A DNA stretch of 64,000 nucleotides from an uncultured Methanoregulaceae archaeon (GTDB lineage: Archaea > Halobacteriota > Methanomicrobia > Methanomicrobiales > Methanospirillaceae). Both the position numbers and the translations under genes were made by a program. This document shows positions 1 to 9,941 of this stretch, piece after piece (the stretch's first letter is position 1; every line of letters starts with the position of its first letter). The notes under the pieces are model-generated. The model had not been told where the DNA came from. It saw nothing but the letters and a program-made list of their open reading frames with translations, and made no database searches. Location: assembly GCA_963701095.1 (NCBI GenBank), contig OY969564.1:1-64000 (forward strand). Direction: 5' to 3'.

Positions 1-327
1 CTCTGAGATCTTTCGGGCGGCTTCTACAACCTCCGGTGCCGGTGCTTGCGTCCGCTGACTTATGGCATCGGCCTGTTTCAGAAGCGCGTCGGCTTTTTTC
101 CCCGGGGTTTGACCTGCCGGCTTGGGAGGGGCCACCTGTGCTTGAGGCTTTACAGCGGGCGCTGTGGTCGTTCCCTTGGCATTTGTCACGGGTTTTGTAG
201 GTTGGGGCACTGTTGCTGTTTTTGGAGCTTCTGGGGCCATCTGTCGGGTTTTGACCGGGGCCGGGGCCTCGGGTTCGTCCATCGCGAGCGGATATTTCTG
301 CCGGATGGATTCTTCCGTTTCGCTCAT
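1..327 (-). CDS. Element protein with Pro/Ala/Thr-rich N-terminus (partial; possibly the replication helicase partner)
   Basis: Hand translation from ATG 327 (ATGA overlap with the primpol stop): MSETEESIRQKYPLAMDEPEAPAPVKT...EVVEAARKISE, open to base 1. Absent from the ORF track because it has no stop. Function is inferred from position only. Confidence 0.7.
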   Translation of the reverse strand, partial: MSETEESIRQKYPLAMDEPEAPAPVKTRQMAPEAPKTATVPQPTKPVTNAKGTTTAPAVKPQAQVAPPKPAGQTPGKKADALLKQADAISQRTQAPAPEVVEAARKISE

Positions 328-1373
328 GATGGGATCCCCTGCGGGTGCTGGAGCCAATTTAAGAACTTCTCGCACTTTTCGACCACGGCTGCACACCCTA
401 TCTCATCGACCATATTACCAGAGATCGGTGGCATCCCCAGTGCTTCGCATCGTTTCAAGAGCCGGAAGACCGGGGCGACCTCTCCCGCGCTCCGTATCTT
501 GGCAGATAACAGGGAGGCAAGTGACGTGCCCGCCGCTCGCAGGGTTTCCGGGTCACAGTGAGCGTGGAAACACCGTCCGGTGATCAATCCATCAGCACAC
601 CGGACGAACCGGGCATAGGGTGATACGTCTGTCGTGTGTGCCTTGATATTCGGGCATTCCGTTTCGATACACTCAACGATCCCGCCGTGCTCCTGGTGGA
701 ATGGCTGCGGGGCGATTGTGGTGACCCGATACGGGATACCGGCGGCTGTCAACCGCTCTGCAAGGGACCGCCCCGATACGTGGCCGGTAAACGGCTTTAC
801 CTCCGGTAGTGCTGCGAGCACTTTCCCGAAGTTCTCTCGCAGATAATCTACATGGTTTGGCGGCAAGTACCGGATCGGGTATGCCTTCGGGTCGTAAACG
901 TTGCCCGTCAGCCGGATAAATCGTTTATGAGTGAAAAAATCACCGTCTTTCCCGCTGATGCCTTCCCGCAGGTGGAAGGGTTCGGTGCCGGCATCGACTT
1001 CAAAGAACAGGTGCAACCCGAGCCCGCTCACGCTGGTTTCCGTGAGGGTGATACTCCCGTGCAAAATGCGCTTTACGGCATCGCTCGCGGGGTTTCCGTC
1101 ATCGTTTAAGGCTCCATCAAGGTCGAGGCAGGCCAGACGATTTCCTTTGCCAAGAAACAACCCCAACCCGGCGCCATGGGTCTTCCGGTCGTAGAGCTGA
1201 TCGGTGGCTTCCCAGAAGTTCAGGAACAGGTCTGGATCCGACCATGTGAGAGCGTGCCCCCGGTCGTAGTCCCACGGCTTTTTGCCAAGTGACAGAGCCC
1301 AGCATTTCACCGCAAGGAGTGGTTGGAATCCTCGTGCTATCGCATCGAGCTGGGACTTCATAAGGGCGCTCAT
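324..1373 (-). CDS. AEP-superfamily primase-polymerase (NrS-1-like) with C-terminal Cys/His cluster
   Basis: Motifs GLGLFLG..ACLDLD, TETSVSGLGLH, RFIRLTG; C-terminal ECPNIKAH...CFHAHC. Likely start MSALMK at 1373. Confidence 0.8.
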   Translation of the reverse strand: MSALMKSQLDAIARGFQPLLAVKCWALSLGKKPWDYDRGHALTWSDPDLFLNFWEATDQLYDRKTHGAGLGLFLGKGNRLACLDLDGALNDDGNPASDAVKRILHGSITLTETSVSGLGLHLFFEVDAGTEPFHLREGISGKDGDFFTHKRFIRLTGNVYDPKAYPIRYLPPNHVDYLRENFGKVLAALPEVKPFTGHVSGRSLAERLTAAGIPYRVTTIAPQPFHQEHGGIVECIETECPNIKAHTTDVSPYARFVRCADGLITGRCFHAHCDPETLRAAGTSLASLLSAKIRSAGEVAPVFRLLKRCEALGMPPISGNMVDEIGCAAVVEKCEKFLNWLQHPQGIPS

Positions 1374-1635
1374 TGATCTTCCCCCGGTCGAGCCGGTTAA
1401 TTTCTTCGGTCTCGTCCTCCATACCGGCGGGGATATCCCCGTTTTGGATACGCTCGGCGACGGTCCGGTCATCGTCAAGGAGATACAACCGCCGGATAGC
1501 GGCAAGTTGTGTGGGAGAGAGACGGTCGAGGTCATCGTCTAGCCGGCGAAGAAGAGATACCGTTTCGGTTCTGGTGGTGGGTATATCGCCCGCGAACGGC
1601 GTGTAGGGCTTATCTTGCGTCCATTCTCGTATCAT
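1370..1635 (-). CDS. Small hypothetical element protein (probably ends at an ATGA overlap with primpol; apparent indel in C-run 1381-1385)
   Basis: The N-terminal ~85 aa of ORF 1117..1644 read like a natural protein. One extra G would give ...DRGEDQ* overlapping the primpol ATG. Confidence 0.45.
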
Positions 1636-1837
1636 GTCCAACACCTACCGGGGCCTGCTGCCCATCACCGATCACAATTTCACCGCGCCTAGCGAGTTCC
1701 AAGGCTCCTTCGCGGAAACGTTCCGGCAAACTCTCAAAAGTTGCCTGTGAGATCCAGCCGGTTTTCTCCATTCCTTTATCGAACGGAGATCCAGCCGGGG
1801 TGACGTTCTGGATAATCGACACCGCTGCGGCTGACAT
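1610..1837 (-). CDS. Small hypothetical element protein
   Basis: 75-aa ORF coupled to the RHH gene by a stop/start overlap at 1837. Confidence 0.55.
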   Translation of the reverse strand: MSAAAVSIIQNVTPAGSPFDKGMEKTGWISQATFESLPERFREGALELARRGEIVIGDGQQAPVGVGHDTRMDAR

Positions 1838-1998
1838 TAGGGATCACCATCGGCGGTTTTTGGCTGGTCTTTGTTTACCAATTCCCCCAAATAATTCATC
1901 ATCGTTATCTGGCGTTTCCATGCCCGGTGCTTGATAATCGCGTGGAGGGACGCCGGGATTTTTATCATGATTCTAGGTTCGTCCGATTTTTTAGTCAT
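1837..1998 (-). CDS. Ribbon-helix-helix (CopG/Arc-like) DNA-binding protein
   Basis: RIMIKIPASLHAIIKHRAWKRQITMMNYLGELV: alternating beta-strand followed by two helices; first gene of the replication cassette. Confidence 0.7.
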   Translation of the reverse strand: MTKKSDEPRIMIKIPASLHAIIKHRAWKRQITMMNYLGELVNKDQPKTADGDP

Positions 1999-2029
1999 GT
2001 TTTTTCTCCAGGGGATTTCTCCCCACATA

Positions 2030-2310
2030 TACTAGTCTACCAAGTCTGTCTATAAACTTTTAGGTATAATTAGTTAAAATAGACTATTTTAAGGCTTATT
2101 TTTTGAAATGGGGGCACAAATTTGCACTAATTACCTATAATCTATTATAGATAATTATTTCCAATAAACTATAAGCATTTATAGGATAAGAATGGTGTAA
2201 AAACGTCTGATATGGTCTGCGATTTAATCAGGAAATCACATTGAATTGTTACAAAAAAGGTGTATTTTTCTATAAGAAAACAAGTATGCGCGGTATGTTT
2301 CGAGATCTTC
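2030..2310. promoter_or_regulatory. AT-rich control region of the element with palindromes (promoter/operator, candidate origin)
   Basis: Perfect inverted repeat TTAAAATAG-a-CTATTTTAA at 2074-2092; ATCTAT-t-ATAGAT near 2140-2152; strongly AT-rich relative to flanks. Confidence 0.5.
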
Positions 2311-2314
2311 GGGA

Positions 2315-3354
2315 TTAGGTCTTTTCCCTGTCGGTAAACTTAGCGATCCGCGTGAGGGTTTCTATTTCTAGCTGCATCTTCTCGATCATTCGGTCTTGGG
2401 CCGAGATCTGCTTGGTCATCTCTTGCTTAACACCCTCGACAATACGCTCCTCGGTTCTTTTACTTGCGACCGTAATAAAAAGTACGAGTTCCCCCTCGTG
2501 GAACTGCTTACGGGCCTCGTCCTGGGGGATGCGTCGGTATGATTTCGTCAAATACCCCTCGTGACCCATCATCATCTCGACAAGATCCAGCCCCATCCCG
2601 CGGACCGCGTTGGTGCGGAAATACCGCCTGCAGCTGTGCATGGTACATGCGGCGCGATACTTCCCCCTTGAGCCATCTACACGATCGAATAATTTCAACC
2701 ATGTCTTCTTCATGCCGGAATACGAGGAACAAAACAGGCGTGTATCCCCCCGGTCCGGCCCCGGGAATAATATTTATTGTCAGTCTGCAGCATGTAGTCT
2801 TCCCGCCGGGTAAGCCACACATCCAGGGCCTCACGGGCTTCGGAAGTGAGATACACGGTTCGCCCGCGCTGGTGGGTGACTTCGGGGCGAATATGCACAA
2901 TATCCTCACTCACATCTTCCGGGCGGATAGCACAAAGCTCCCCGGCCCTGCAGCCGGTCGAGACCAAGAACTCGATTACCGCCCGCTCCCTAGGGTTGGC
3001 GATCTCCATCATCCGCTGCAGGATGTCACGGGTAAGTGGTTTGTCATCCGGCTCGTCATAATTCCGGGGTTTTAGGATTGCAGTCTCCAGTTCGTCAAAG
3101 CCCATTACACCGTTGATCTTGTAGTACCGGAGCACGATCGAGAGGACCATCTGCCGGGTTGAGGGTGCGAGGTCTTGGATGTGTTCAGCGTAATTGACAA
3201 GATTTTCTTTCGTGAGATGGTTATGGAGCTCGTCGATCGGTACCTCAAGAAAATTGGCGAAGTACCCCAATCGCTCACGGTAGAGCTGGATTGTTCTTGC
3301 AGTTCTTTTCGCCAGTGTCAGCCTTTTTAGGTACCCCGATACAGTATACACCAT
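2315..3354 (-). CDS. Tyrosine recombinase/integrase (frameshift in C6 run 2746-2751)
   Basis: STGCRAGE (catalytic Arg), HSCRRYF (HxxR), MMGH and YLTKSY (catalytic Tyr), spread over ORFs 2710..3354 and 2315..2713. Removing one base joins ...RTG to DTRLFCSSYSGMKKTW. Confidence 0.9.
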
Positions 3355-3408
3355 ACAAACCCATCCAAAAAATACATAGATTTGTAAGTTTAAAAAATAG
3401 TGGGTGTG

Positions 3409-3841
3409 ATGTCAGATTTCATATAAACATATTGAGCATTCCTGCGGCGCATTCATCGCATCACACTATAAAAATCCCGTCGAAATCGGCGTGGGGAATA
3501 ATCTCGATGCAGCGCGTTGCATTCATGAAGCTGGTTGTCCGGTACGCGCTATCGATATCCGTGAATGCAGACTCCCTTCCTGGCTGTCCTTTGCCCGTGA
3601 TGATATTTTCTCTCCCGACCTCTCATTGTATAAAGGAGCCGATGTCCTGTATGCACTGCGACCAGCTGAGGAGATGATTCCGGCGCTTATTTCTCTTGCT
3701 CAGGTTCTTGACTGCGATCTCGTTGTCTACCACCTTGGTTTTGAATCCTATGGCGATGGAGGGAGTATTGTTGACTGTGGGGTTCCGCTTCACTATTATA
3801 ACCGACGCAAGTCAGAACCCGTTCAAAAAAGTGTCGACTGA
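3409..3841 (+). CDS. UPF0146 family protein (5' end out of frame by one base)
   Basis: [25 protein letters not shown]...[26 protein letters not shown]. The reading frame extends upstream of GTG 3491; ATG 3409 with an SD-like GGGTGTG is 1 nt out of frame. Confidence 0.8.
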
Positions 3842-5232
3842 TTAGATTTCAGCTTTTTTTCAGATGTTTCCGGTACCGGGATGGGTTCGGCTTCCGGTTT
3901 ATTCTCTGGCACACTCTTTTTTACGGGATCGCTTCCTTCCACACCAGATTCATCTGTTTTTGTTTTCCTGGTCTTTTTTTTCTGTTCCGTTTCCTTCTCC
4001 CGTTCCGCTTTGGTTACGTTTTTTATAATTTCCTGCGCCCGGGCTTTATCGTTTAAGAAAAAGGTGAGTCCGTCAGCATCCAGGGCCAGCTCCCTTGCGA
4101 AAGTCTCAGGATCAAGCTCAACCAGGAGCGTGATAATGTCAAGGTACTTTTCGCGGAGAGTAGTCTGGGGGATCTGCATTGAGGCAGCAAAGCGTGAAAG
4201 AACCAGATTGCGGATTGCTTTTTGTTTTTTTGCAATCGACATTTTCTGCCAGCGTTCAGGGGGAAGGATGCGGGTATGGATACCTTTACCTCCCGATGCG
4301 TCTGCCACTCCCAGGAGCATTAATGCGCTCGCGTAGCGCCAGAGGGTGTGGTACTGGCGCCGGTAGGTGTTGCCAATGTACTCATCGGCACGGGCAAGCG
4401 AGCGATACGCCTGAATCATTGCCCGTGGATCTGTAAGAGTATGAACGCTTCCCTCGATCCATTGTTCGACTTTTTCCGGTATCTCGTCAACTTCCCGTGC
4501 TGTTTTTACAAGTTCCTCATCAGAAGCCCTACTAAAAACGGCTGTCACGAGCGAGAAGATCGAGACACGTTCGTCCTTTTGGGAGGTATGCACCTGCTCA
4601 TCTACAAGTGAAGTCCTGCCGAGTGCCGAGGCATACAACATGTTCACGGCTGATCGCATGTCTCCCCCGGCACTTTCGGCTATTCCATGGATTGCTCCTT
4701 CCGAACAGGCGACTTTCTCACTTGCGCAGATGAATTTGAGACGAGGTGCAATAGAACGTGCCGGGAGTGCCTTAAACTGGACGGGCTCACATCGCAGGCG
4801 GAGTTCCGGGGCCATACCGTAGAGATCATTTGCAATCAGGATTATGGGCTGTCGGGCGTTTTTTATACATTCGATGATTGCCTTTGCCCCTCCGCGATCG
4901 GCAGTTCCCTGCAGGTTGTCGGCTTCATCCATCACAATGAGTTTCCTTAATGAACCGGTAAGACTCGCAGTTGCGCTTCCTTCACCGGCTACGCGCTCAA
5001 TGATGGCGGCTGTTCGCTGATCGCTCGCATTGAGCTCGATTATATCCCAGTTCATATCACGGCAAAGAGCATATACGCTCGATGTCTTGCCGATACCGGG
5101 CTTGCCGTACAGAAGAAGAGGTTTTGACCGGGTATTCCAGGTCCGGGCCCATTCGGCCATCTGGCGGACTGAACTTGTATTTCCGACGATATCCGCGAGA
5201 TGTTCCGGCCGGTATTTCTCTGCCCATTCCAT
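3823..5232 (-). CDS. rfcL: Replication factor C large subunit
   Basis: MEWAEKYRP, Walker [21 protein letters not shown]-terminal PIP box QSTLF. Confidence 0.95.
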   Translation of the reverse strand: MEWAEKYRPEHLADIVGNTSSVRQMAEWARTWNTRSKPLLLYGKPGIGKTSSVYALCRDMNWDIIELNASDQRTAAIIERVAGEGSATASLTGSLRKLIVMDEADNLQGTADRGGAKAIIECIKNARQPIILIANDLYGMAPELRLRCEPVQFKALPARSIAPRLKFICASEKVACSEGAIHGIAESAGGDMRSAVNMLYASALGRTSLVDEQVHTSQKDERVSIFSLVTAVFSRASDEELVKTAREVDEIPEKVEQWIEGSVHTLTDPRAMIQAYRSLARADEYIGNTYRRQYHTLWRYASALMLLGVADASGGKGIHTRILPPERWQKMSIAKKQKAIRNLVLSRFAASMQIPQTTLREKYLDIITLLVELDPETFARELALDADGLTFFLNDKARAQEIIKNVTKAEREKETEQKKKTRKTKTDESGVEGSDPVKKSVPENKPEAEPIPVPETSEKKLKSNQSTLF

Positions 5233-5328
5233 ATTACAGGGTCGACCCCGCATCAAATAAATTATCTCTGATGAGGCCACACATAGCCTATAGCAAATCT
5301 ATCCAGCGGTGAATACCCGGGTGACATC

Positions 5329-6346
5329 GTGGTTTCTGACTGTTCCTCTTCAAAGATAGCTCATGTGGTCAGGGAATATGAAGGCGTAAAGCGCAAGCAT
5401 GCCATCGGAGAGATGGTAAATGCTCTTCGGATCGATGCACCTCACGTGGTGGCCTCTTTCGGTGAAGATGCAGCGGTTATAGAGCATAATGGTGAAGCGC
5501 TGCTTCTTGCCGCTGATGGTATCTGGAGCAGGCTTATGGAGGCAGACCCATACTGGGCAGGTTATTGTTCGGTCCTGGTCAATATCCATGATATTGCAGC
5601 AATGGGTGGAAAACCGATCGCGATGGTGGATGTTTTTTCCATGCCAAAAGACACCCGTATTCACGAACAGGTTGTTCGTGGCATGCATGATGCATCTGCA
5701 CAGTTCGGGGTTCCGATTGTAGGTGGACATCTCCACCCGGACGCACCTTACAGTGTGATTGACGTCTCCATTCTCGGTTCTGCCCGGCTTGACTCAATAA
5801 TTTACTCAAATACTGCCCGGGAAGGTGACTGTATCATCGCGGCCATTGATCTTACCGGGCGCGTCCACCCTTCTTGTGCGCTTAACTGGGATTCGGTGAC
5901 CATGAAATCGGCAGCTCGAGGTACGTGCCCAGATCTCGCTTCTCGAAGAAATCGGTCGGGATCACCTTGTCACCGCTGGTAAAGATATCAGCAATCCCGG
6001 TATTATCGGAACAATCGGGATGCTCCTTGAGGTGAGTGGAAAAGGTGCAGAGCTCGATCTTGGCAAAATTCCAAAACCGGATCTTGGGGCAAACCATATG
6101 ACGTTCGATCAGTGGGTGAAGATGTACCCAGGGATGGGTTTTGTCCTGACCGCACATGAACAACATGTTGATGAGCTCATCCGGCGCTTTGCAAGAGTAG
6201 GTATGACAGCACACGTCATCGGTACCGTGGATAACTCCCGACAACTCAGGATCCGCTATGATGGTGACGAAGCGCAGGTTTTTGATTTTATCGAAAACGG
6301 GATAACCTGCCTTTCACCCGGTGAAGGTCCATGCAGGCCGCAGTGA
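5329..6346 (+). CDS. Methanogenesis marker 2 protein (PurM/AIR synthase-like; frameshift ~5917)
   Basis: FGEDAAVI, LVNIHDIAAMGG, VGGHLHPD; C-terminal half (GKDISNPG..YPGMGFV) in another frame. Confidence 0.85.
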
Positions 6347-7095
6347 AAAAGATCGGGATAGGGGCTGATTCAGATGCGGGGAAGGTTATCGAAAATGCTT
6401 GCCGCGTCAATGTCCCCTTCGAGGTAATCTGTTATCTGCACCCGGATGCCGGGAAAGTCCCTCCCGGCCACAGGCATGTCAGTATTTTGGAAAGCAATGA
6501 GCCGGAAAAAGTGCTTATAACTGATTTGATGAGTGGCGCGATTGATGCAGCTGTCAGGGGAACACTTCCGGCAAACGCCACGCTACAGGCCCTCAAGGCA
6601 TCTGCCGGTGTCAGGCACCTTGAACGGATAGCACTCCTTGAAACTGCTGGAGGGAAGAAGTTCTTGCTGGCTCCCGTGGGCATAGATGAAGGGTGGACCG
6701 TCGCCGAAAAACTTTCGTTGATCAGGAAAGGCCGGTTAATAGCCCGAAGGTTTGGCCTGCCGGATAAGGTGGGTATCCTTTCCGGTGGCCGGCTGGGAGA
6801 TGTTGGCCGTCATATCATTGTGGACCGGAGTATGGCTGACGCCGAACTAGTCGCACGACTCGGGGAAGGTTTTCACTACGAGATTCTCATTGAGGATGCT
6901 GTTGAAAATTGTGGCCTGGTTATTGCCCCAGACGGTATTTCCGGTAACCTGATCTTCCGTACACTTACGTTTCTTGGTGCCGGCCATGCCCATGGTGCGC
7001 CAGTTGTAAATATCAACAGAATTTTCGTGGATACCTCGCGCGCCTCACCGGATTACACGAATGCGCTATTGCTCGCAGCATCATTGTTGGAATAA
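6331..7095 (+). CDS. mtxX: Methanogenesis marker 4 / MtxX family protein
   Basis: DAAVRGTLPA, LAPVGIDEG, LSGGRLGDVGR, APDGISGNLIFR, FVDTSRA. Confidence 0.85.
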   Translation: MQAAVKKIGIGADSDAGKVIENACRVNVPFEVICYLHPDAGKVPPGHRHVSILESNEPEKVLITDLMSGAIDAAVRGTLPANATLQALKASAGVRHLERIALLETAGGKKFLLAPVGIDEGWTVAEKLSLIRKGRLIARRFGLPDKVGILSGGRLGDVGRHIIVDRSMADAELVARLGEGFHYEILIEDAVENCGLVIAPDGISGNLIFRTLTFLGAGHAHGAPVVNINRIFVDTSRASPDYTNALLLAASLLE

Positions 7096-7243
7096 ATTTT
7101 AATCTTTTAAAGGGTCTTATTTTTTAAAACAAACTATCCTGTGCCAATAAAAAATATTCTGCGAAAGTATGGGGCGCGTTTTGCCCGAACGGTTCTCCAT
7201 GCCTTCCAATAGCGTTTTTCTAATCAAAATGGAGGATTTTCCC

Positions 7244-7258
7244 CAAAAGTTTTTATAT
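7244..7258 (+). promoter_or_regulatory. BRE/TATA promoter of the histone gene
   Basis: CAAAAG-TTTTTATAT ~35 nt upstream of ATG 7292; SD GAGGT downstream. Confidence 0.6.
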
Positions 7259-7291
7259 GTACCAATATACTTTCTTTTTGAGGTAAGAAAA

Positions 7292-7498
7292 ATGGCAGAT
7301 TTACCAATTGCTGCAGTTGTACGCATTGCAAAGAAGAACGGAGCCGAAAGAGTTGGCAGTGATGCCGCAGAAGCACTTGTCGTGAAGGCAGAGAAATATA
7401 TTGCCCAGCTCACCAAGGAAGCAAACAAGCTCGCAGAACACGCGGGAAGAAAGACGATCAAGAAAGAAGACGTTGATCTCGCTTCAAAATCCAACTGA
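7292..7498 (+). CDS. Archaeal histone (HMf/HMt family)
   Basis: MADLPIAAVVRIAKKNGAERVG...HAGRKTIKKEDV, 68 aa; T-rich tract after the stop. Confidence 0.95.
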   Translation: MADLPIAAVVRIAKKNGAERVGSDAAEALVVKAEKYIAQLTKEANKLAEHAGRKTIKKEDVDLASKSN

Positions 7499-7687
7499 TC
7501 AACTCTTTTTTCTTAAAATTCTGCAATCCTTCAGCACTCTTTTGCCATCTGTTTTGTGTTTGATGCCTTTGTGTCAGTACGCGTGATTGTCGAACAGGGA
7601 AAAAAATCGCTGGCCGGCTCCCTCATTCCTCCCTTATTGGCAAGTCTTTTTACCCGCATGGATCAATTTCCTTGAAGAGCACCTGTT

Positions 7688-8236
7688 ATGCCCCATATCT
7701 GCCCCCACTGCGGTAAAGTATCGGATGAAGAAACCCCGAGGTTCTGCAGCGGTTGCGGTGCCCGGATGGACGGAAAGATGCCGGCAGGTTTTCCGGGCTA
7801 TTCAGAAGCACCGCGAGAGCAAAAGAGCCAGCTTATCGCCGGAACCTGTTCCACGTTTCTTCCCGGTCTTGGCCAGGTTTATAATGGGGAGGCAGCAAAA
7901 GGATTTGCTCTTTTTATCATGACAATTGTAGGTCTGGTTATTTTTATTGTCCCGGGTATTATCGTCTGGTTTTACGCATTATACAATGCATACTCGACAG
8001 CAGGAAAGATGAATACCGGAGAGATTCCCTTTCGCGAAACCCGGATGCTTCATATGGTCTTGTTTGTCTTTTTTGCAATCGCGGTTGTAGCGATTGCGTT
8101 GGTAATAGTCTATGTGACGGTTATCAGTCCACTTATGTCACAGTTCGGATCGCTTGATATGGGCAATATCGGTAATATTGGTAATACAGGTAACAGCGAC
8201 GATATCAACCGTCTGATCAACAATGCCGGTATCTGA
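7688..8236 (+). CDS. Zinc-ribbon membrane protein
   Basis: CPHCG..FCSGCG, PGLGQVYNGE motif, hydrophobic segments. Confidence 0.8.
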   Translation: MPHICPHCGKVSDEETPRFCSGCGARMDGKMPAGFPGYSEAPREQKSQLIAGTCSTFLPGLGQVYNGEAAKGFALFIMTIVGLVIFIVPGIIVWFYALYNAYSTAGKMNTGEIPFRETRMLHMVLFVFFAIAVVAIALVIVYVTVISPLMSQFGSLDMGNIGNIGNTGNSDDINRLINNAGI

Positions 8237-8274
8237 AAGCAGGGATCAGCTGCTGGAAAAAAGCGGGATGACCG

Positions 8275-8565
8275 TTATTTGATATCCCGTGCACTCACAA
8301 ATGACCGGCTGCCATCCTCTTTATTGGCATGTTCTTCGATGCGGCGTCTCACCTCATCCATCACTTTTTCCTTGTCCTTGTGCCCGGTAAAGAGGACTCT
8401 TGTGCCATCTACATCATCCTTGAGATATACCGCTTCATCATAGATTATTACCAGGATCTGGTTTTCAGGCCCGAAACCGTGCTCCTCATAGTCCCCCTTC
8501 ATGTACCGTTCGCGCTGCTCCCGCGTCGGCGCCGCATATTTTGTATCGTAACGAAAAACACCCAT
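8275..8565 (-). CDS. Hypothetical protein
   Basis: 96-aa ORF downstream of hisB with natural composition. Confidence 0.7.
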   Translation of the reverse strand: MGVFRYDTKYAAPTREQRERYMKGDYEEHGFGPENQILVIIYDEAVYLKDDVDGTRVLFTGHKDKEKVMDEVRRRIEEHANKEDGSRSFVSARDIK

Positions 8566-8646
8566 ACGAATTTCCCTGCCATTTTCGGACTGAAAATTAT
8601 CTAATCCGGAAATTATGATATAGCTCTTTCATGAATGATGGGGTGA

Positions 8647-9228
8647 TTAAAAAGTCCCCTTTGTGCTTGGAATATCTTTTGTTTTTTCATTTTTTGTGAT
8701 AGCTTCACCCAATGCTATACCGAAAGCCTTGAACGCCGCCTCGCACTGGTGGTGATCGTTACGGCCGGTAAAGCTGATATTTGCCGTAATTCCTGCATGG
8801 ATGCAAAGAGTATAGAAGAAATGTTCGAAGAGATCAGGAGGAATATTTCCGAGGGTCCTGCTGCCAAACGTGCCGGAATAGACAAGGTACCCCCTTCCCC
8901 CGCAGTCAAGTGCTACCTGCGCAAGGGCCTCGTCCATCGGTATAATCGCGTGTGCGAACCTTCGTATCCCCCGGCCATCGCTGATAACCTGTTTAACTGC
9001 GTCTCCAAGAACGATACCCACATCTTCGATAGTGTGGTGATAATCAACATCGAGGTCACCTGTCGCTGTACAGGTAAGATCGAACCCCCCATGTTTTGCC
9101 ATGCCAGTAAGCATATGATCAAAGAAGGGAATTCCCGTTTCTATCGATATATTCCCCTTACCTTTCGGGTTGATCGCAAGCTCAATTTTTGTTTCTTTTG
9201 TTTCCCGGGCAAGCCGTACTGTACTCAT
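8647..9228 (-). CDS. hisB: Imidazoleglycerol-phosphate dehydratase
   Basis: [37 protein letters not shown]. Confidence 0.97.
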   Translation of the reverse strand: MSTVRLARETKETKIELAINPKGKGNISIETGIPFFDHMLTGMAKHGGFDLTCTATGDLDVDYHHTIEDVGIVLGDAVKQVISDGRGIRRFAHAIIPMDEALAQVALDCGGRGYLVYSGTFGSRTLGNIPPDLFEHFFYTLCIHAGITANISFTGRNDHHQCEAAFKAFGIALGEAITKNEKTKDIPSTKGTF

Positions 9229-9935
9229 CGAGATTCCTCTATTGCCTCTGAAAGGTTAATCTTTCCGCTGTAAAGTGCTGATCCGAGCACAGCGCCGTAT
9301 GCACCCGCGTCCCGGAGGAGTGCGATATCAACTCTTCCGGAGACCCCACCGGCAACGACGACCGGCACATGGACATGGGATATAAGGTCCTTGACCGGTT
9401 TGATCGCGATGCCCTTCTGGAGCCCTTCAACATCCACATTTGTATAGAGGAGGGAACCGGCTCCAAGTTTTTCGAACGTTTCTGCCCAGTATAGATAATT
9501 TCCAGCCGTTTCCTGCCAGCCGTGAATCGCAACGTTCCCTCCCCGTGCATCGACACCTGCCATTACCCGATCGCTGCCGAATTCTTTGGCTATCTGGCTG
9601 ATACAGTGGGGGTTCTGGATTGCAAGTGTTGAGAGAATAATCCGGGAAACACCGGTCCCGAGCCATAGTTGCGCATCTTCTATTGATCGAATCCCGCCAC
9701 CGAGTTCAATCTCAATGCCGGTTTCTTTTACGAGCGCATTAATAAGGTCAGCATTCTTTGCCGCATCGCCAAAAGCACCATCGAGATTAATCACATGCAG
9801 GGCATCAGCCCCGGCCTCAATCCACCGGTGGGCGCAGGCAAGGGGATCACCGTACGCGGTTGCGCTCTCCCGTTTTCCCTGTACGAGCTGGACGCACTTG
9901 CCTCCCAGGATATCAACTGCGGGAAAAACTCTCAT
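9225..9935 (-). CDS. hisA: ProFAR isomerase
   Basis: [37 protein letters not shown]. Confidence 0.95.
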   Translation of the reverse strand: MRVFPAVDILGGKCVQLVQGKRESATAYGDPLACAHRWIEAGADALHVINLDGAFGDAAKNADLINALVKETGIEIELGGGIRSIEDAQLWLGTGVSRIILSTLAIQNPHCISQIAKEFGSDRVMAGVDARGGNVAIHGWQETAGNYLYWAETFEKLGAGSLLYTNVDVEGLQKGIAIKPVKDLISHVHVPVVVAGGVSGRVDIALLRDAGAYGAVLGSALYSGKINLSEAIEESR

Positions 9936-9941
9936 ACGAGA

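Larger units (their letters stand above)
1..3400. mobile_element. Right end of an integrated plasmid/virus-like element (continues off the left edge)
   Basis: Co-oriented minus-strand cassette: tyrosine integrase, AT-rich spacer, RHH protein, small ORFs, primase-polymerase. Conserved host genes resume at ~3409. Right boundary approximate; no att repeat can be confirmed in this window. Confidence 0.85.

Noticed and set aside
3402..3441. C/D-box-like RNA (TGATGT...TTGA with a weak terminal stem)
   Set aside because: Boxes are imperfect, the span is short, and it coincides with the UPF0146 start region.
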